Source of the DNA: Lama guanicoe
Lineage: Eukaryota
Assembly: GCA_013239625.1 (NCBI GenBank)
Contig: MU054338.1
Span: 6,426,724-6,490,723, forward strand
Direction of reading: 5' to 3'
Length of the DNA stretch: 64,000 bases
Each line of letters begins with the position of its first letter. The first letter of the stretch is position 1. A program made the translations under genes and the position numbers. Shown piece after piece: positions 36,683-49,379 of this stretch. The notes under the pieces are model-generated. The model saw nothing but the letters and a program-made list of their open reading frames with translations, did not search any database and was not told the DNA's origin.

Positions 36683-38308
36683 AACAACCTGAAATGACCT
36701 TTTAAAAAATTTTAAAATAAAATAGATAACAAGGATCTACTGTATAGCACAGGGAACTATATTCAATATCTTGTAATAATCTATAATGGAAAAGAATCAG
36801 AAAAAGAATATGTATATAAAAATCTGAATTACTTTGCTTTTGCTGTACACCTGAAACTAACACAACATAATTGTAAATCAACTATACTTCAATTTAAAAA
36901 AGGAAAAAAGAATGGAGCTGGGACTGGAACACAGTCAATGCTGGGTTCCAGAACCCAGCTGAGAGTCAGAACTCTGGTTTGCTTTTTTTGTATGTCTGTT
37001 CATTTATTTAACACCTTGGTAAAGGCAATTCATGCCCCCTGACCAATGCTATCACTTCTGGGCTGGTCGCCTGGCTTCTGCCATTGCACCCTAGAGGCCA
37101 GAGGGCCCTTGTGAGCCCGAGTCAGGTCAGGTCCCTCCTCTGCTCAGAATTCAATGACTCCTATCTCTCTCGGAACAAAAACCCAAGTCTTCCGGGGGTG
37201 CACAAGGCCCTGTCCACTCTGCCCATCCCTTCTCTGCCCTCACCTCCTGCCATTCTATATCTCAGCCTCTCCACTCCAGCCACGTAGACCTCCTCAGGGC
37301 TCCTCAAACATACTAGACACACTCCCCCACCCCAGGACCTTTGCACAGGCTTTGCCCGCTGCCTGAAACATGACTCTCTTTCTTATTCCATTAGTCAGGT
37401 CAGTATGTGGCCTTCTCTGATCCACTGATTTGAAATTTTAAACCCTGCCTCCGGGCCCTTTAGATCACTCCCACCCTTCCTTCTGGCTACACTTTTCTCC
37501 AGAGCCCTTCTCTGATAGTCTCAGAATTTTCCTCAGTCATCTTAGTATGTGGATCCCTTGCGAGAATGTCAGTTCCCGGCAAGCGCATTGCCTGCTGTAT
37601 CTCCAGGGTCGAACCTGGCACTTGGGACCAATGTTTGCTGAAGGAGGTTATCAATGAACTTGTTTACGTTAAGTAACCTGTATGCTTATCAAGATTAAAC
37701 AACAACAACAACAAACAACTTCTGGCAGCACAAGCCTTTAGACTAAGAAAAATCACTCTCCCTCTCACCCCTGGCCCAGAGCCCACACTTCCTCACATTG
37801 GGAGCAGTTCCTCTCACTGGTTTCCCTTTCCTCCTTCCAGAAAATGTCTACATACATAAGCAGATATGTAGCTATTTATCCCTTACCCCACTGTTTTGTT
37901 ACACACGCTGTTTCCCACTTTGCTATTTCACAGACTGACATCATTGGACTTTGTTTCCCCAACAGCAAGGTTAGACATACTGCATCTTTTTACAAGCCAA
38001 CATAGTATCCCACCCTAGGAACAGTACCGTTTCTCAGTAAACCAGCCTGAGGAGCTTTAAAAAAAGATACAGATGCCACATATACACAAAGAAATGAATA
38101 GTCTAAGCTCGGGAAAGAGACTTCTTGGCTGTGTTACCTCTGAGCTGGGGACAGCTAGCTGAGGGTATGTGAGGGGTTCTTTCACAGGGAAGGCTAAAAT
38201 CTGTGCGGTTGAGGGCTTATTTTTAATTTTCAGCCTCCCCCACCCCAACAGAGAGAATATATTAATTTTGTTATGTAAGAGTTTAAAATCTGATTTAAAA
38301 ATAAGCTT

Positions 38309-38406
38309 GGGGAGGAGAGGGTAATAGCTCAGTGGTAGAGTGTATGCTTAGCTCGCATGAGGTCCTGGGTTCAATTCCCAGTGCCTCCATTAAAAAAAAT
38401 AAACAA
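38309..38406 (+). mobile_element. tRNA-derived SINE (Vic-1-like)
   Basis: ATAGCTCAGTGGTAGAGTGTATGCTTAGC...GGTCCTGGGTTCAATTCCCAG. Confidence 0.8.
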
Positions 38407-38518
38407 TAAGCCTCCCTTTGGGGATTGACTGGAAAGAGGCAGGAGAGAACTTTCTAGGGGCGATGAGAAAGGCCTTACTTGACATCTGCAAATTTATTCT
38501 AAGGGCCAGATATTAAAG

Positions 38519-38627
38519 GTTTTTTTAACTATTTATTTTTGTCTTTTTTTAGTGGAGGTACTGGGGATTGAACCCAGGACCTCATGTATGCTACGCATGC
38601 ACTCTACCACTGACCTGTACCCTACCC
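38519..38627 (-). mobile_element. tRNA-derived SINE (Vic-1-like) with TSD
   Basis: Reverse complement of the consensus; TSD CCAGATATTAAAG at 38506-38518 and 38628-38640. Confidence 0.85.
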
Positions 38628-41600
38628 CCAGATATTAAAGATTTTAAGTTTTGTGGTTCACATATCATCTCTGTCACATATTCTTTTAAGAACCATTTAA
38701 AAATGTAAGAGCCACTCAATCCATTGGCTTTACAAAAACAGGCCACAGTGCAACAGTATAAAAATACTTAACACTACTGAACTTAAAAATGGTTAAGATG
38801 GGAAATTTTGTTATGTTTTTTAACCACACACACAAAAATAAAAATAATCATAATACTAATAGGCCGTCCTTGGGCATCAGGGACCTCTGGGGGCTGGTAA
38901 TGTTTTTTTTCTGACCTGGGTACTGCTGACATGTGTGTACCCTTTTATGTACGAATTTTCTACTTCAATAAAAATTTCAAAATATTCCCCTTGATTGGTT
39001 CAATTTAAGATGGTCCACCCACAAATGCACAACTTAATGCAACTGTCCCAAAAGACTGAGGAGGTTTCCAGGCACTGATGTGAGGGAGAGATCACCTCCA
39101 ATACATTAAGCAAAAAAAAAAAAAAAAAAAGCAACACAATGTGAAAATGTGAAACACACAACTTTTCGTTCAACAAAATTATCTGTTGAGCACCAACTTT
39201 GTTACCATGTGACAGACACTGTGGATACACCTTCAAACTAAACAGATATGCATTCTTGCCTCACAAAGCTAGCACTTTAAGGGTTTCTTAACATTTTTGT
39301 AAAACGGGGGGTGGAGCCACTAAATAAAGAATATGTGTAGTTGCATGAGAAGGTCTAAGGCCTAGACCCTGGAAGAAAACACAACAAGTTGCCTTGCAGA
39401 TATACTGCAAGAAAGAAGTGTGATATTGGGAGAGGGAGCAGGAAGCAGATTTCATAAAGCTATAAAGTCTTTTGTATCTTTTTTTTTTTGAAGCATGTGA
39501 ATGTATTATCTCTTTCCAAAAAAAAGTTGCAATTAACAATACCCTCTCCTGATAATGTTTTCTAAAAACTCAGATGCCAGCTCCCTGCTGCTGGCTGAGT
39601 TGAATTCTCTAGTGAATGGGGCCATGGAATCTACTTTTTAAACAAGCACCATTACTCTTTTCCCCTTAGTGTTCCCTCACCCCATCAGTCTATTGTTTTA
39701 GGTTACCTAGAATCTTTTTCCATGCTGCTCATGCCAAGGGTGGGCTGAGAAGTTAGGCAGTGCCCCTTGCTGACATCCGCTGGGGCCAGGAGCCATTTCC
39801 TGGCTTCCTCAGAGATGCTGCTTTCCTCTAGATAAGGTGTCTGCTAGGGAGGGAACTTTCTGCCCTGATCAGTCCAGTCTAAGTATACGCCCCGACAGAG
39901 GGCTGCCTCTCCATCAGCTCACAGAAAATCCATATCCCCAGTATCCCCAGTCCCAGAGGCCTTGGAGCACGTAGAGGTCACCTGGCAGTGTGCAAAACAC
40001 TTCCCACCAGTCAGCATGGTCTGCCCAGCCCTACTGATGAGGATATGGAGTTTCAGAGAGGTCACCAACTCACCCATGGCCACAGAGCTCATCTGTGTCA
40101 GAACAAGGATTTGAACCTATATGTGTCTGACATTACCCCCTAAGTTCTTGGTGACTGATGGGAAGGCACTAGGGTACAAGGGAAGGATACCTGAGCCACT
40201 CTTTGCACATTGTTCCCAAAGGAAAGCTCCCCGTTATCTGGCAAAGACTTCACAGGGCAGCATGACGGCCCTCAGTTTTTGGGTCTGATGAGAATGGACC
40301 ATGTACAAATTAAGCAAGGACCACCCCCCAACACACAACTTGGAGGATTCAAGCAATGTGGTCCCTCTAGAGGAAGTGAGGGCCTGACTGCAAGACCCAG
40401 CTGAAGTCTCCATCTCACGCTCCCCTGGGCCTCATAGAGATAAATCATTAAGCAACTGCGTGCTTTGTTTGCTGTTCTCACTCCCTAGATCACACTTCTC
40501 TCAGATCTTCCCACGGCTGGCTCAACCTCCAGCCTTTGGTCGCCTAAAATAATCCCAGATGACCCTACACATACACACACACACAGTGTCCTGTTCATTG
40601 CCTCACTACACTGACAACAACCTAAAATTACCTACTCATTCAAGGATTTTTCCGCTTTGTTCACTGCTGTGTTGCCTCTGTCTGGATGCTGCCTGTAGGA
40701 TGCTCAGTACATACTTGTTGATGCAATGTTCTCCCAGAGCCCAGGACCAGGTCTGTTAGGCATGTAGGTCCCCTGTCTCAGTGTGGTCCTGGCAGGACCT
40801 GGGAGGGTTTACTCAGGCCCATCCATGGCTGGCTCCTTTTGGCCAAATTCAAGGCTGGGTGAATCCCATCATTGTCCACTCTGCCCCAGCCTTGCCTCAG
40901 GGAGACCAACGATCTCTCAGGTGCTGCCCACAGGCAGGCAGGACCCCAGATGGATAATCCCAGATCAGAGACAGCCAGCCACACCCAAGGGACACACAGC
41001 AAAGACAGCCACAGGGTCTGGGGCTTGGGCCAAAACCAAGAGCAAGGAGGCCCCTCAGGAGGTTGGGGCTGGCAGCTTCAATCAGGGAGGGGAAAAGTTG
41101 GGTGGCTGCCAGGTCCCAGTGCCTCCCTCTTGGCTGGGCTGGGCAGGGAGAGCCTGGCCTCCCCTATCTGTTTCTTTGCAGCCTCTGGAGGCCACAGTCC
41201 CTGGGGGTAGGGAGGCACTGCTCTAGTCCTGTTTAAGCTTGCTTATGAGTGGTTTCCGGCCCCCTCCCCAAGGCCCTTCAGTCTCACAGTTTCCAGGAAG
41301 TTTCAGTCACACAAGGAGGGGCGTTGGGATCCCCTGCCCCAGGGCAGTGCCACATGGGGCGTGTGCCCAGCTCAGCCCTGGGAACCCAAAATGGGGAAGA
41401 AAAAGGAGAAACTGAGGACCGCATCACCCCTCCATGGGAACCAGGGGAAGGAAAGCACCCTAGAAAGCGGGTGGAGAGGAAGCCTCATCTTGGCCTCATC
41501 TGGGCCGAGAGGGAAGGCTGCCTTCAGAGGTTCAAGGGAGGGGGTCCCTGTCGCCGAGACTCCGTGAAATGGGAGCTAGCCCCACCTCCCTCGGCCCTTT

Positions 41601-41869
41601 GTATAGGGAGGGGAAAGTTTCTCAATTGTTTCCTGCTTTCTTCTTGCCCCTTCGCCGGTGGCGCCCTCGTTTCCGCCTTCCCTAGATGGAGGGCGAGACC
41701 CAAGGGGCTCCCACATTCGGTCTGTCTAGTCTGGCCTCAGTTTCCCTATCTGACCAAAAGCCCAGGACAGCTGACATCTAGGGGGAAGTGCGCAGGAGGA
41801 AGACGTGTACAAAGGAGAATGGAAAAGGAGAGGATCTGGGGAGGTCGGGGCCCTGGTCTTCTTCCCAGC

Positions 41870-42430
41870 CCCGGTTGCTCTACCTCCCCTCCCCCGCCCT
41901 GCATCCGAGCCGCCCAGATAACGGGACCTCCCCTGGCGGAGCATGCGCCGTGAGTCCTGGCCCATCAGCCGGAGCGGGAGCGGGGGCTCCCGAGAGGGGA
42001 CGCGGGGCAACCTGGCGGAAGCAGGGAGGCGTGGGCTCTGCGCAGAGCAGAATTCAAGGCCGGGAAGCAGGAGGGGGGCCCCGGCCTGCAGCGTGAGTGT
42101 TTAAGATCACGGACGTCCCCTACCCCCAAGGCCCCCACACAACCCAGCAGAGGCAGCTCCTACCGTAGGCTTCGTCCTTCCGCTCGTCCACCATGGCCGC
42201 GGCGGGCGGGGAAGGGAGTGCGAGCCAGAGCGACCCCAGCCCCGGCGGGCGGGAGGCTCCGCCGGCTGCAGCTCCCCGCCCCAGGCCCGGCCCCGCCCCT
42301 CCCGCCGGTCGGCCCCGCGGGCCCCATCCAATGGGAGCTCCGAGAGGGCGGAGGGGCGGCACCCGGGGGCGGGGCCGGGCTCTGGATGGGGTGGGGCCCC
42401 AACCTTTGTTTCCCATCTGGGCTTAGGAGA
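41870..42430 (-). promoter_or_regulatory. CpG island / distal promoter of SLC44A2
   Basis: CpG-rich, with GC boxes (CCCCGCCC near 42274 and 42291; GGGGCGGGG near 42366) and CCAAT at 42328, upstream of the ATG at 42194. Confidence 0.8.
42164..42194 (-). CDS. SLC44A2: SLC44A2 alternative distal first coding exon (MVDERKDEAY-G), spliced to exon 2 at 28397
   Basis: Kozak GCCATGG, 31 nt of CDS, phase-1 donor G|GTAGGA matching exon 2. Resembles the MEDERKNGAYG N-terminus of the other human CTL2 isoform. Lies in its own CpG island. Confidence 0.9.
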
Positions 42431-42781
42431 GACTCTCTCCGTGTGTTTAGTGGGCAAGAAGCAGTCGTCATTCGTTCAACCATCTGTCCACCCATTCATT
42501 CGCCAAATAGATACTGAGCGCCGACTATGTGCCAGTGAACAGACAAAATGATGCTATTTTCATTCATCAGATTGGCAAGAATTTTAGTTTGGTAACATCA
42601 AGCTGGGTGAGCTGATGCTGTGGGTCAGAATGTTCTCTGGCAGAAAGATTAAATCCCAATCGTCTCCACCCTGTGCGGTTCCTCTCTGCCACTGACCCTG
42701 GAGAAGCCATCGCAGGTGTGTATGTATGGGGAGTACGTGCCAAAGAGTGTTACCTGAAGCTTTGATAGTTATTGTAAAAAT

Positions 42782-42908
42782 GGGGGAGGGTATAGCTCAA
42801 GTAGTGGAGTGCATGCTAAGCATGCGTGAAGTCCTTGGTTCAATCTCCAGTACCTCCTCTAAAAATAAAAACAAAACCTAATTAACCCCCCACCAAAATT
42901 TTAAAAAT
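42782..42908 (+). mobile_element. tRNA-derived SINE (Vic-1-like)
   Basis: GGGGGAGGGTATAGCTCAAGTAGTGGAG...; AAAAATGGGG on both sides. Confidence 0.85.
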
Positions 42909-43019
42909 AATATTTTTTTAAAATGGGGAAGAACTTGTACATTCATCAATAGAGGGGTGTATACAACACAACAGACACAATGGTATCATCACCATGCAAC
43001 AGATAAAAAGAATGAAGTC

Positions 43020-43517
43020 ATCGGGGGAATGCAAATTAAAACCTAATAATACACCACTACACACCTACTAGAATAGTTAAAACTCAAAAGATTGAGGTGT
43101 TGGTGACGATCTGGAGTAAATGGGGCTCTTCCACACTGCTGGTGGGAATGTGAAATGGCACAACCACTTGGAAAAAGATCTGGTAGTTTCTTATAAATGG
43201 GTACCTACCATATGACCCAGCCATTCTACTCCTGGGTATTTATGGGTATTTACCCAAGAAAAATAAAACCACAAAACCACTAAAAAAAAAAAAAAAGAGA
43301 GAGAGAAAAGAAAGAAACCTTGCAAATCTATGCAAATGTTCAAAGTAGCTTTATTCATAACGGCCCCAAACTGGAAGCAACTCAAATGTCCATCAGCTGG
43401 TGAATGGCTGGTTCATCAAACTACGATTCATCCATACCAAGGACCACTCCTAATCAATTAAAAGGAGAGGACTATTGGTACTGCTAAGCACAATAGCTTG
43501 GATGAATCTCCAGAAAA

Positions 43518-43577
<60 letters not shown>

Positions 43578-43946
43578 AAAGAAAAAAGAAAAGAGCATTA
43601 TGCAAAAGGAAAAAGAGCATTATACCAAAGGAAACTTTGGTATCAAATTCTAGGACAGGCATAGTTAATCAGTCTATGGTAACAGAACATCGATCATCGG
43701 GGTAAAGGGGAGGTGTAGGGATAAATTGGGAGTTGGGAATTTGCAGATACTAACACTATGTATACAATAGATAAACAGCAAGGTCTTACTGATAGCATAG
43801 GGAATTATAGTCAATACTTTGTAATAGCCTATAATAAAAAAGACTATGAAAAGGAATATATACATATATGTATAACTGAATCACTATGCTGTACACCAGA
43901 AATTAACACAACATTGTAAACCGACTACACTTAAATAAAACTAAAA

Positions 43947-43950
<4 letters not shown>
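43020..43950 (+). mobile_element. Old L1 ORF2/3' fragment followed by a younger L1 3' end
   Basis: atgcaaattaaaacc...cacacctactagaat...gctggtgggaatgtgaaatgg; gggataaattgggagttggga...gctgtacaccagaaattaacacaacattgtaaa. Confidence 0.7.
43517..43572. repeat. (AAAG)14 microsatellite
   Basis: Read directly from the sequence. Confidence 0.95.

Positions 43951-43997
<47 letters not shown>
43950..43997. repeat. (AAT)16 microsatellite from an L1 tail
   Basis: Read directly from the sequence. Confidence 0.95.
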
Positions 43998-44000
<3 letters not shown>

Positions 44001-44007
44001 CAACTTT

Positions 44008-44152
44008 GGAGGGAGGGTATAGCTCAAGTGGTAGAGTGCATGCTTAGCATGCACGAGGTCCTGGGTTCAATCCCCAGTACCTCCTTCAAAAAAACATAAA
44101 TAAATAAGTAAACCTAATTACCTCCCCACCTAAAAATTTTAAAAATAATAAA
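44008..44152 (+). mobile_element. tRNA-derived SINE (Vic-1-like), near-consensus copy
   Basis: GGAGGGTATAGCTCAAGTGGTAGAGTGCATGCTTAGCATGCACGAGGTCCTGGGTTCAATCCCCAGTACCTCC. Confidence 0.9.
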
Positions 44153-45240
44153 TTTCCATTGCAAAGCTAGAAAAAGAGAAAAGAACATAGATCAGAGGCA
44201 GCCTTTGTAGTTGGTTGGTAGTGACTGGCAGGGCCATAGGGTGGCTTCCGGAGGCGGTAGGGGCGGAAACAGATCTGTGGTTAAACAGGTGGGTTCGTTT
44301 TCTCACGCTTACTTGACATCTGCTCTTTCTTAATGTATGTTACATTTTAAAAGTGGGTACGTTTTTTAACAGTTTAAGAAAGGAGAAGGTGACCCTACAG
44401 GTTAGAACAAGAGTAAATGTTTATAGGAAGCTTAATCAGCATCAAATGAGGTGTTAAGTCCTTTACATTAAATCTTTCGAACAATTTTCCAATTTGGGAA
44501 AGAGAGGTTAAGCAATTTATTGTCTTTTGTATTACTTCTTGTAACCATTTTCTACTTGTGGAAAGTGACACAGAGAGGTTAAGTCATTTACCTAAAATCA
44601 CACAGTTAATAAGCTTGGTGTTGTATAAGAAGTTGAACCCACAGAGCCTGACTTCACAACCCACACAGGCACCACACCCCTCAACCATAACCCTGCAAAG
44701 TAGCTCTGCTGGGCTCTCAGGTCCTATCAGTGAGTAAAAATAGCACGTTTTATCTAGTCAGTTATGCATGGCATGCACAGGAGAAACAGCTAGAGATATA
44801 TCACATAGAAACATGCATCTGCAGGTAACAACAGATCTGAACACGTCAGCAAATGTCAGAGGGATCAGGGTTGGGGGAGGGGAGAAAGGGGAATTTTTCC
44901 TGATCTATAATGTTCTATCTTTCTCCTTGTCTCTTAAGTGGCAGAGAAAGTAGTCCTAAGGTTTTTGGGTGATTGAAACTCCATTTCAAACAATAGATTT
45001 AAGCAAGCCGGTCTCATAAGGAGGTCCCACTTATAGGGTGTCCCTAGAGGAGTCAAAATCATAGACAGAAACTAGAATGGTGGGTGCCAGGGCCTGGGGG
45101 AGGGTAAGTTATTGCTTATTGGGGATAGAGTTTCTGTTTCAGAAGAGGAAGAGTTCTTGAGACAGATGGTGGTGCTGGTTGTGCAACAATGTGGAGGTAC
45201 TTTATGCCACTGGACTGGACACTTAAAATGGATAAAATGG

Positions 45241-45380
45241 AGTAAGGGTATAGCTCAGTGGTGCAGTGCATGCTTAGCATGAATGAGGTCCTGGGTTCAA
45301 TCTCCTAGTACCTCCATATACATAAATAAATAAACCTAATTACCCTCCTCCCCCCCAAAAACAAAAATAAAGAATAAAAA
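45241..45380 (+). mobile_element. tRNA-derived SINE inside an old L1 fragment, with TSD
   Basis: TSD AAAATGGATAAAATGG at 45225-45240 and 45381-45396. Confidence 0.85.
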
Positions 45381-46907
45381 AAAATGGATAAAATGGCCAA
45401 TTTTTATGTGAGATATATATATATAACACCACAATAAACATTTAAAATAGATTTTTTAAAACACAGTGCAACATGGGGGAGGTGAGGGATAAATTAGGAG
45501 TATGGGATTAACAGATACACCCTACCATATATAAAAGAGCTAAAGAACTAGGATGTCCTGTATAGCACAGAGAACGCTATACTCAATATCTTGCAATAAC
45601 CTATAATTGGAAAGAATCAAGAAAAAGAATATATGTATACATATAACTGAATCACTTTGCTGTACATCTGAAACTAACGCAATATTGAAATCAACTACAC
45701 TTCAATTAAATAAATAAACCAGAACATGCACACAAACAATTCCAACTAGCTTTGGCATTTACAGCTTGAGAAATAAAACATATGAATTGAAAAAAATATG
45801 GTGCAACACAGCTGTGTTGGGGGTCACGGAAGACTTAGGAAAGTCTAGAGGAGGGATCTGACCTAGATCCTTAGTGGGTGGGAGGTCAGAGGGTGCTTCA
45901 GAAGAGGAGACATGGGAACTAAGTAAGGAGGAGGCAGAGAAAGCAAAAGGGCAGACGTCATGCACTGAGGGAGTCAAGCGGCAGAGGAAGGAGAGAAAGA
46001 GAGAGAGGAACTGAAATTAGGGATGTCATTGTGTCTGAGTCTATGGTTTCAAGCCACACATCGTGGGAGAGGTCAGCAGGGGTCAGACTGCTAAGCAGGG
46101 CAGCTTGAGGGTAATGGGGAGCCATGGGCGATGTGAGGGGGAGGGAGGGCTGTAGGAGCGGTGAGTTTCAGGGAGATCCTGTTAGTGATGTGAGAGAGGG
46201 TTGAAGGGGGTGCCTAGAGGCAGGGTCCCTGTAGGCATCTGGGAGGAACTGAGGCAGGGCCCCAGCTTCTGCGGATGGGGGAGGTTGCAGCTGCAGTGGG
46301 GCCACCGTGTACACAGAGCTGCTCTGTTCTCTGACCCCAAAGAAGATTTTGGGCTCATGAAATTTTCAGCCAAACAGGCTCTGAGTTTCAGATTCCAGGG
46401 CGCTCAGCCCAGGCTTTTGGGTCCTGTTTACTGCTTGAAAACTTCTGGGGCCCCAGGAGAAGGGCCCTTGCAAAGTTCAACAATGCTTCAGCTGGGGCAA
46501 GGGCCTGGCAGTGTCCGCAATCCATCTGGGTCACCTTCTGAGCAAGGGGCTGATAGGAGCATGGAGGACCTCCCTTTCTGGGCAGAGAAAGCATAAAACC
46601 TCAGGCTTTGTGGGGCTAGAATTCCAGGTCTACCTCTGCTGGCTCAGTGATTTTTGTATGAGTCATTCTCTCTTTCTCAGCCTCAGTTTTCTTATCTGTC
46701 AAATGGAAAGAACAGGGTCCCTAACTCAGAGAAACAATTGCTCCAGGAAGATTCCCACATGGGAGACTTTTAAGGCAGCACCTGAATATAGAGAGCACCA
46801 AATTGGGGTTAGCTATTGTTCTTAATAGTAATACTTGTATCCTGAAAGGTAACAGATAAGTTGGAAGAGGGCTGGGACCCAGTTCTCAGACTCCACAATT
46901 CAGGTTC

Positions 46908-47047
46908 AGGGGGAAGGGTATAGCTCAGTGTTAGAGTGTGTGCTTAGCATGCACAAGGTCCTGGGTTCAATCCCCAGTACCTCCATTATAAAAAAAAAAA
47001 AACCTAATTACCTCCCTCCTAAAAAAAAGAAAAGAAAAGAAAACAAA
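46908..47047 (+). mobile_element. tRNA-derived SINE (Vic-1-like) with TSD
   Basis: Consensus match; flanked by CACAATTCAG(G/T)TTCA. Confidence 0.85.
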
Positions 47048-47781
47048 CACAATTCAGTTTCAAATTCTGGCTCAACTGCTGTGTGGCCTTGGGCAAGTGG
47101 CTTCACCTCTTTGTGCCTCTGCTTCTTTCTCCATAAGACATGAAAGTAAGTGCTCAGAGAATGATGTTAGAAGCAACTGAGAGGTGAGTGGGTGGTTCTG
47201 ATAGCTGCTGTCCTCTCTTCTCCCTCCCTTGAGTCTCCTGCCCATCTCACCGTCAGGGGCTGATAAAGGACTGGGGCTGAATTTGGGGAAAGAGAGAGGA
47301 TGCCTGGAAGAGCTGAGTGCCTCCCCCCAACCCCAGGCCCTGCAGGACCCTCCCTCCCTCTGGAGCAGATCCTTCCCAGCCAGGCTGAGATTCATTTTCC
47401 GATTCCTTCACCCCACTACCAAACTTCCCGGCGAACAGTCCCGGGATGGAACCCAGGGTCTAACATAGCTTTTGAGTGGGGAGTGTAAGTCCTGTGCCAG
47501 GCATTGAGTTGTGCCCAGTAACTCAGTGATGCAGCCTGAGGAGACAGCACCATAGCTGTCATACCCATTTAACAGAAGGAGAGACTGAGGTACGAGCAGG
47601 GCCATCCCTAGCCCAATGCCTCACAGCCAATGGTGGAGTCAGGATTCAGACCCAGCTCCTGCACTCTTAACTGCCATACAGTAAATAACAATCATAGCAA
47701 ATAATAGTAACATCACTGAGCACTGGCTCCATCCCAGGCACAGTTCCAAGCATCAGGTTGTGTATCATAACACAGACGAGT

Positions 47782-47906
47782 TGGGAGGGTAGAGCTCAGT
47801 GGTAGAGCACATGCCTAGCATGCCCAAGGTCCTGAGTTCAATCCCCAGTGCCTTCACTAAAATAAATAAATAAACCTAATTACTTCCCCCCAAACAACAA
47901 ACAAAC
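47782..47906 (+). mobile_element. tRNA-derived SINE (Vic-1-like)
   Basis: GGGAGGGTAGAGCTCAGTGGTAGAGC...AAATAAACCTAATTAC. Confidence 0.85.
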
Positions 47907-48448
47907 ATAATGCAGTGGACCTGGACTAGAACCTAATTAGGAAAGTGCAGTATGAACCGTATTTCACAGATGTGCAAACCGAGAGCCAGGGAGGGGAGAC
48001 CAGGTGCCTGAGGCCACCCAGCTGGCTGCTTGCAGACCCAGGACTTGAGCCCAGTAGGTAGGATTCAGAACCCTGGCACTCAACCAGCACACACATAAAC
48101 ACAACAAAAGCGATATTAGTACCAGTTTTGTGCCAGGCTCTGCACTGGGATTCTTTCTCTTGGATCATCTCTGCTCCTAAGGTTGTGGTGGAAATTTAGA
48201 AAGCCCTGATGCTCTCAACGCACTTAAAGGGCTGGGCAAATAGTCACTGGCATTAATGTGGTCTTATTGTGTGTCCATTTACAGGTACCCTCAGGCCTTT
48301 CTCAAATGTCAGCACCTTTTCTGATTTCCCTGCCTCACAGGCAGCCCCATTCATTCTCCAACTCTGGCACCCCAGCCTCCTGCCACCAAGTCAGCTGCCT
48401 TTGGGGCTCCCATTCACCAGGGATAACCATGTTTTTGGTTTTCTCTAT

Positions 48449-48570
48449 TTGGGGGGAGAGGTAACTAGGTTTGTTTGTTTACTTATTTATTTAAATGGAG
48501 GTACTGGGGCTTGAACCCAGGACCTCGTGCGTACTAGGCATGTACTCTACCACTGAGCTATCCCCTCCCC
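48449..48570 (-). mobile_element. tRNA-derived SINE (Vic-1-like)
   Basis: Reverse complement of the consensus. Confidence 0.85.
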
Positions 48571-48861
48571 CCGTTTTTTTGGTTCCCAGTTGTGTGCCTC
48601 TCACCCTCCCTAGGACAGCAGAGGAATGGCTTTTCTGTGTCTCCATCCACAGTGTCACAGTGGGGTGCTCAAAAAAATTCACTCCCTGAGAACAATCATC
48701 AAGTTTCATCACTGTCACCCTAATGAAAGCAGCTACCATATGTCCAGTAGGTGCTCAATGAATGTTGGTTGATGAATAACACGATCACAATTATAGTCAT
48801 CATAATAATGACCATTTATGTTTTCAACATTTTATCAGCATCTTCAATGTCACATAGTAGG

Positions 48862-48907
48862 CACATCCTTTGATAGCTCAGCTGGCGGAGCGGGGAACTA
48901 CAGAGAT
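48862..48907 (+). pseudogene. Tailless retropseudogene of the tRNA-Tyr(GTA) 5' half
   Basis: CCTTTGATAGCTCAGCTGGCGGAGCGGGGAACTACAG resembles tRNA-Tyr CCTTCGATAGCTCAGCTGGTAGAGCGGAGGACTGTAG. Perfect 16-nt direct repeat AATGTCACATAGTAGG at 48846-48861 and 48908-48923. Confidence 0.75.
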
Positions 48908-49237
48908 AATGTCACATAGTAGGAGCTTATAAATATTTTTGGAAGGAATGAGTGGCATTAGGAATAATCATAAAAGCAGCTGCATTTGTCCTACTCAGAG
49001 TGCAATCCACAATTCCTGTCACTGCGTGAAAGTATTTGCTTAAGTAAATATTTGAGTGAAAGAATAAATTAATTCATAAATATGTATTGTATTAATTAGT
49101 TAATTAATTGGACAAATATTATTGAACACCCAGGGCTGGGCACTGGGGGACACAGTCATGAAAAGGACAAAGTCCCTGCTCTATTGGGGCTGACAAGCGT
49201 GTAGGAGTGACGGGAGAAACAAGATGAACGGAGGAGT

Positions 49238-49285
49238 GGATGGATGAATGGATGGATGGTTAGTTGGACGCGTGGATGGATGGAT
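49238..49285. repeat. Imperfect (GGAT)n microsatellite upstream of AP1M2
   Basis: Read directly from the sequence. Confidence 0.85.
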
Positions 49286-49379
49286 GGATGGATGGATGAT
49301 GGATGGGTAGGTGATTGGTCTGGAGTCTCTGCCCATCAGCACTCCAGGGCTCAGAGGGAAAGTGAGGCAGGACAGCTGT

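Noticed and set aside
41249..41953. 234-aa ORF antisense to SLC44A2 intron 1
   Set aside because: GTG start, no domain similarity, GC-rich promoter flank.
44008..44085. SINE heads as functional tRNA-Ala genes
   Set aside because: Each is followed by the SINE tail and poly-A, several have TSDs, and copies are mutually diverged; they are retroposons.
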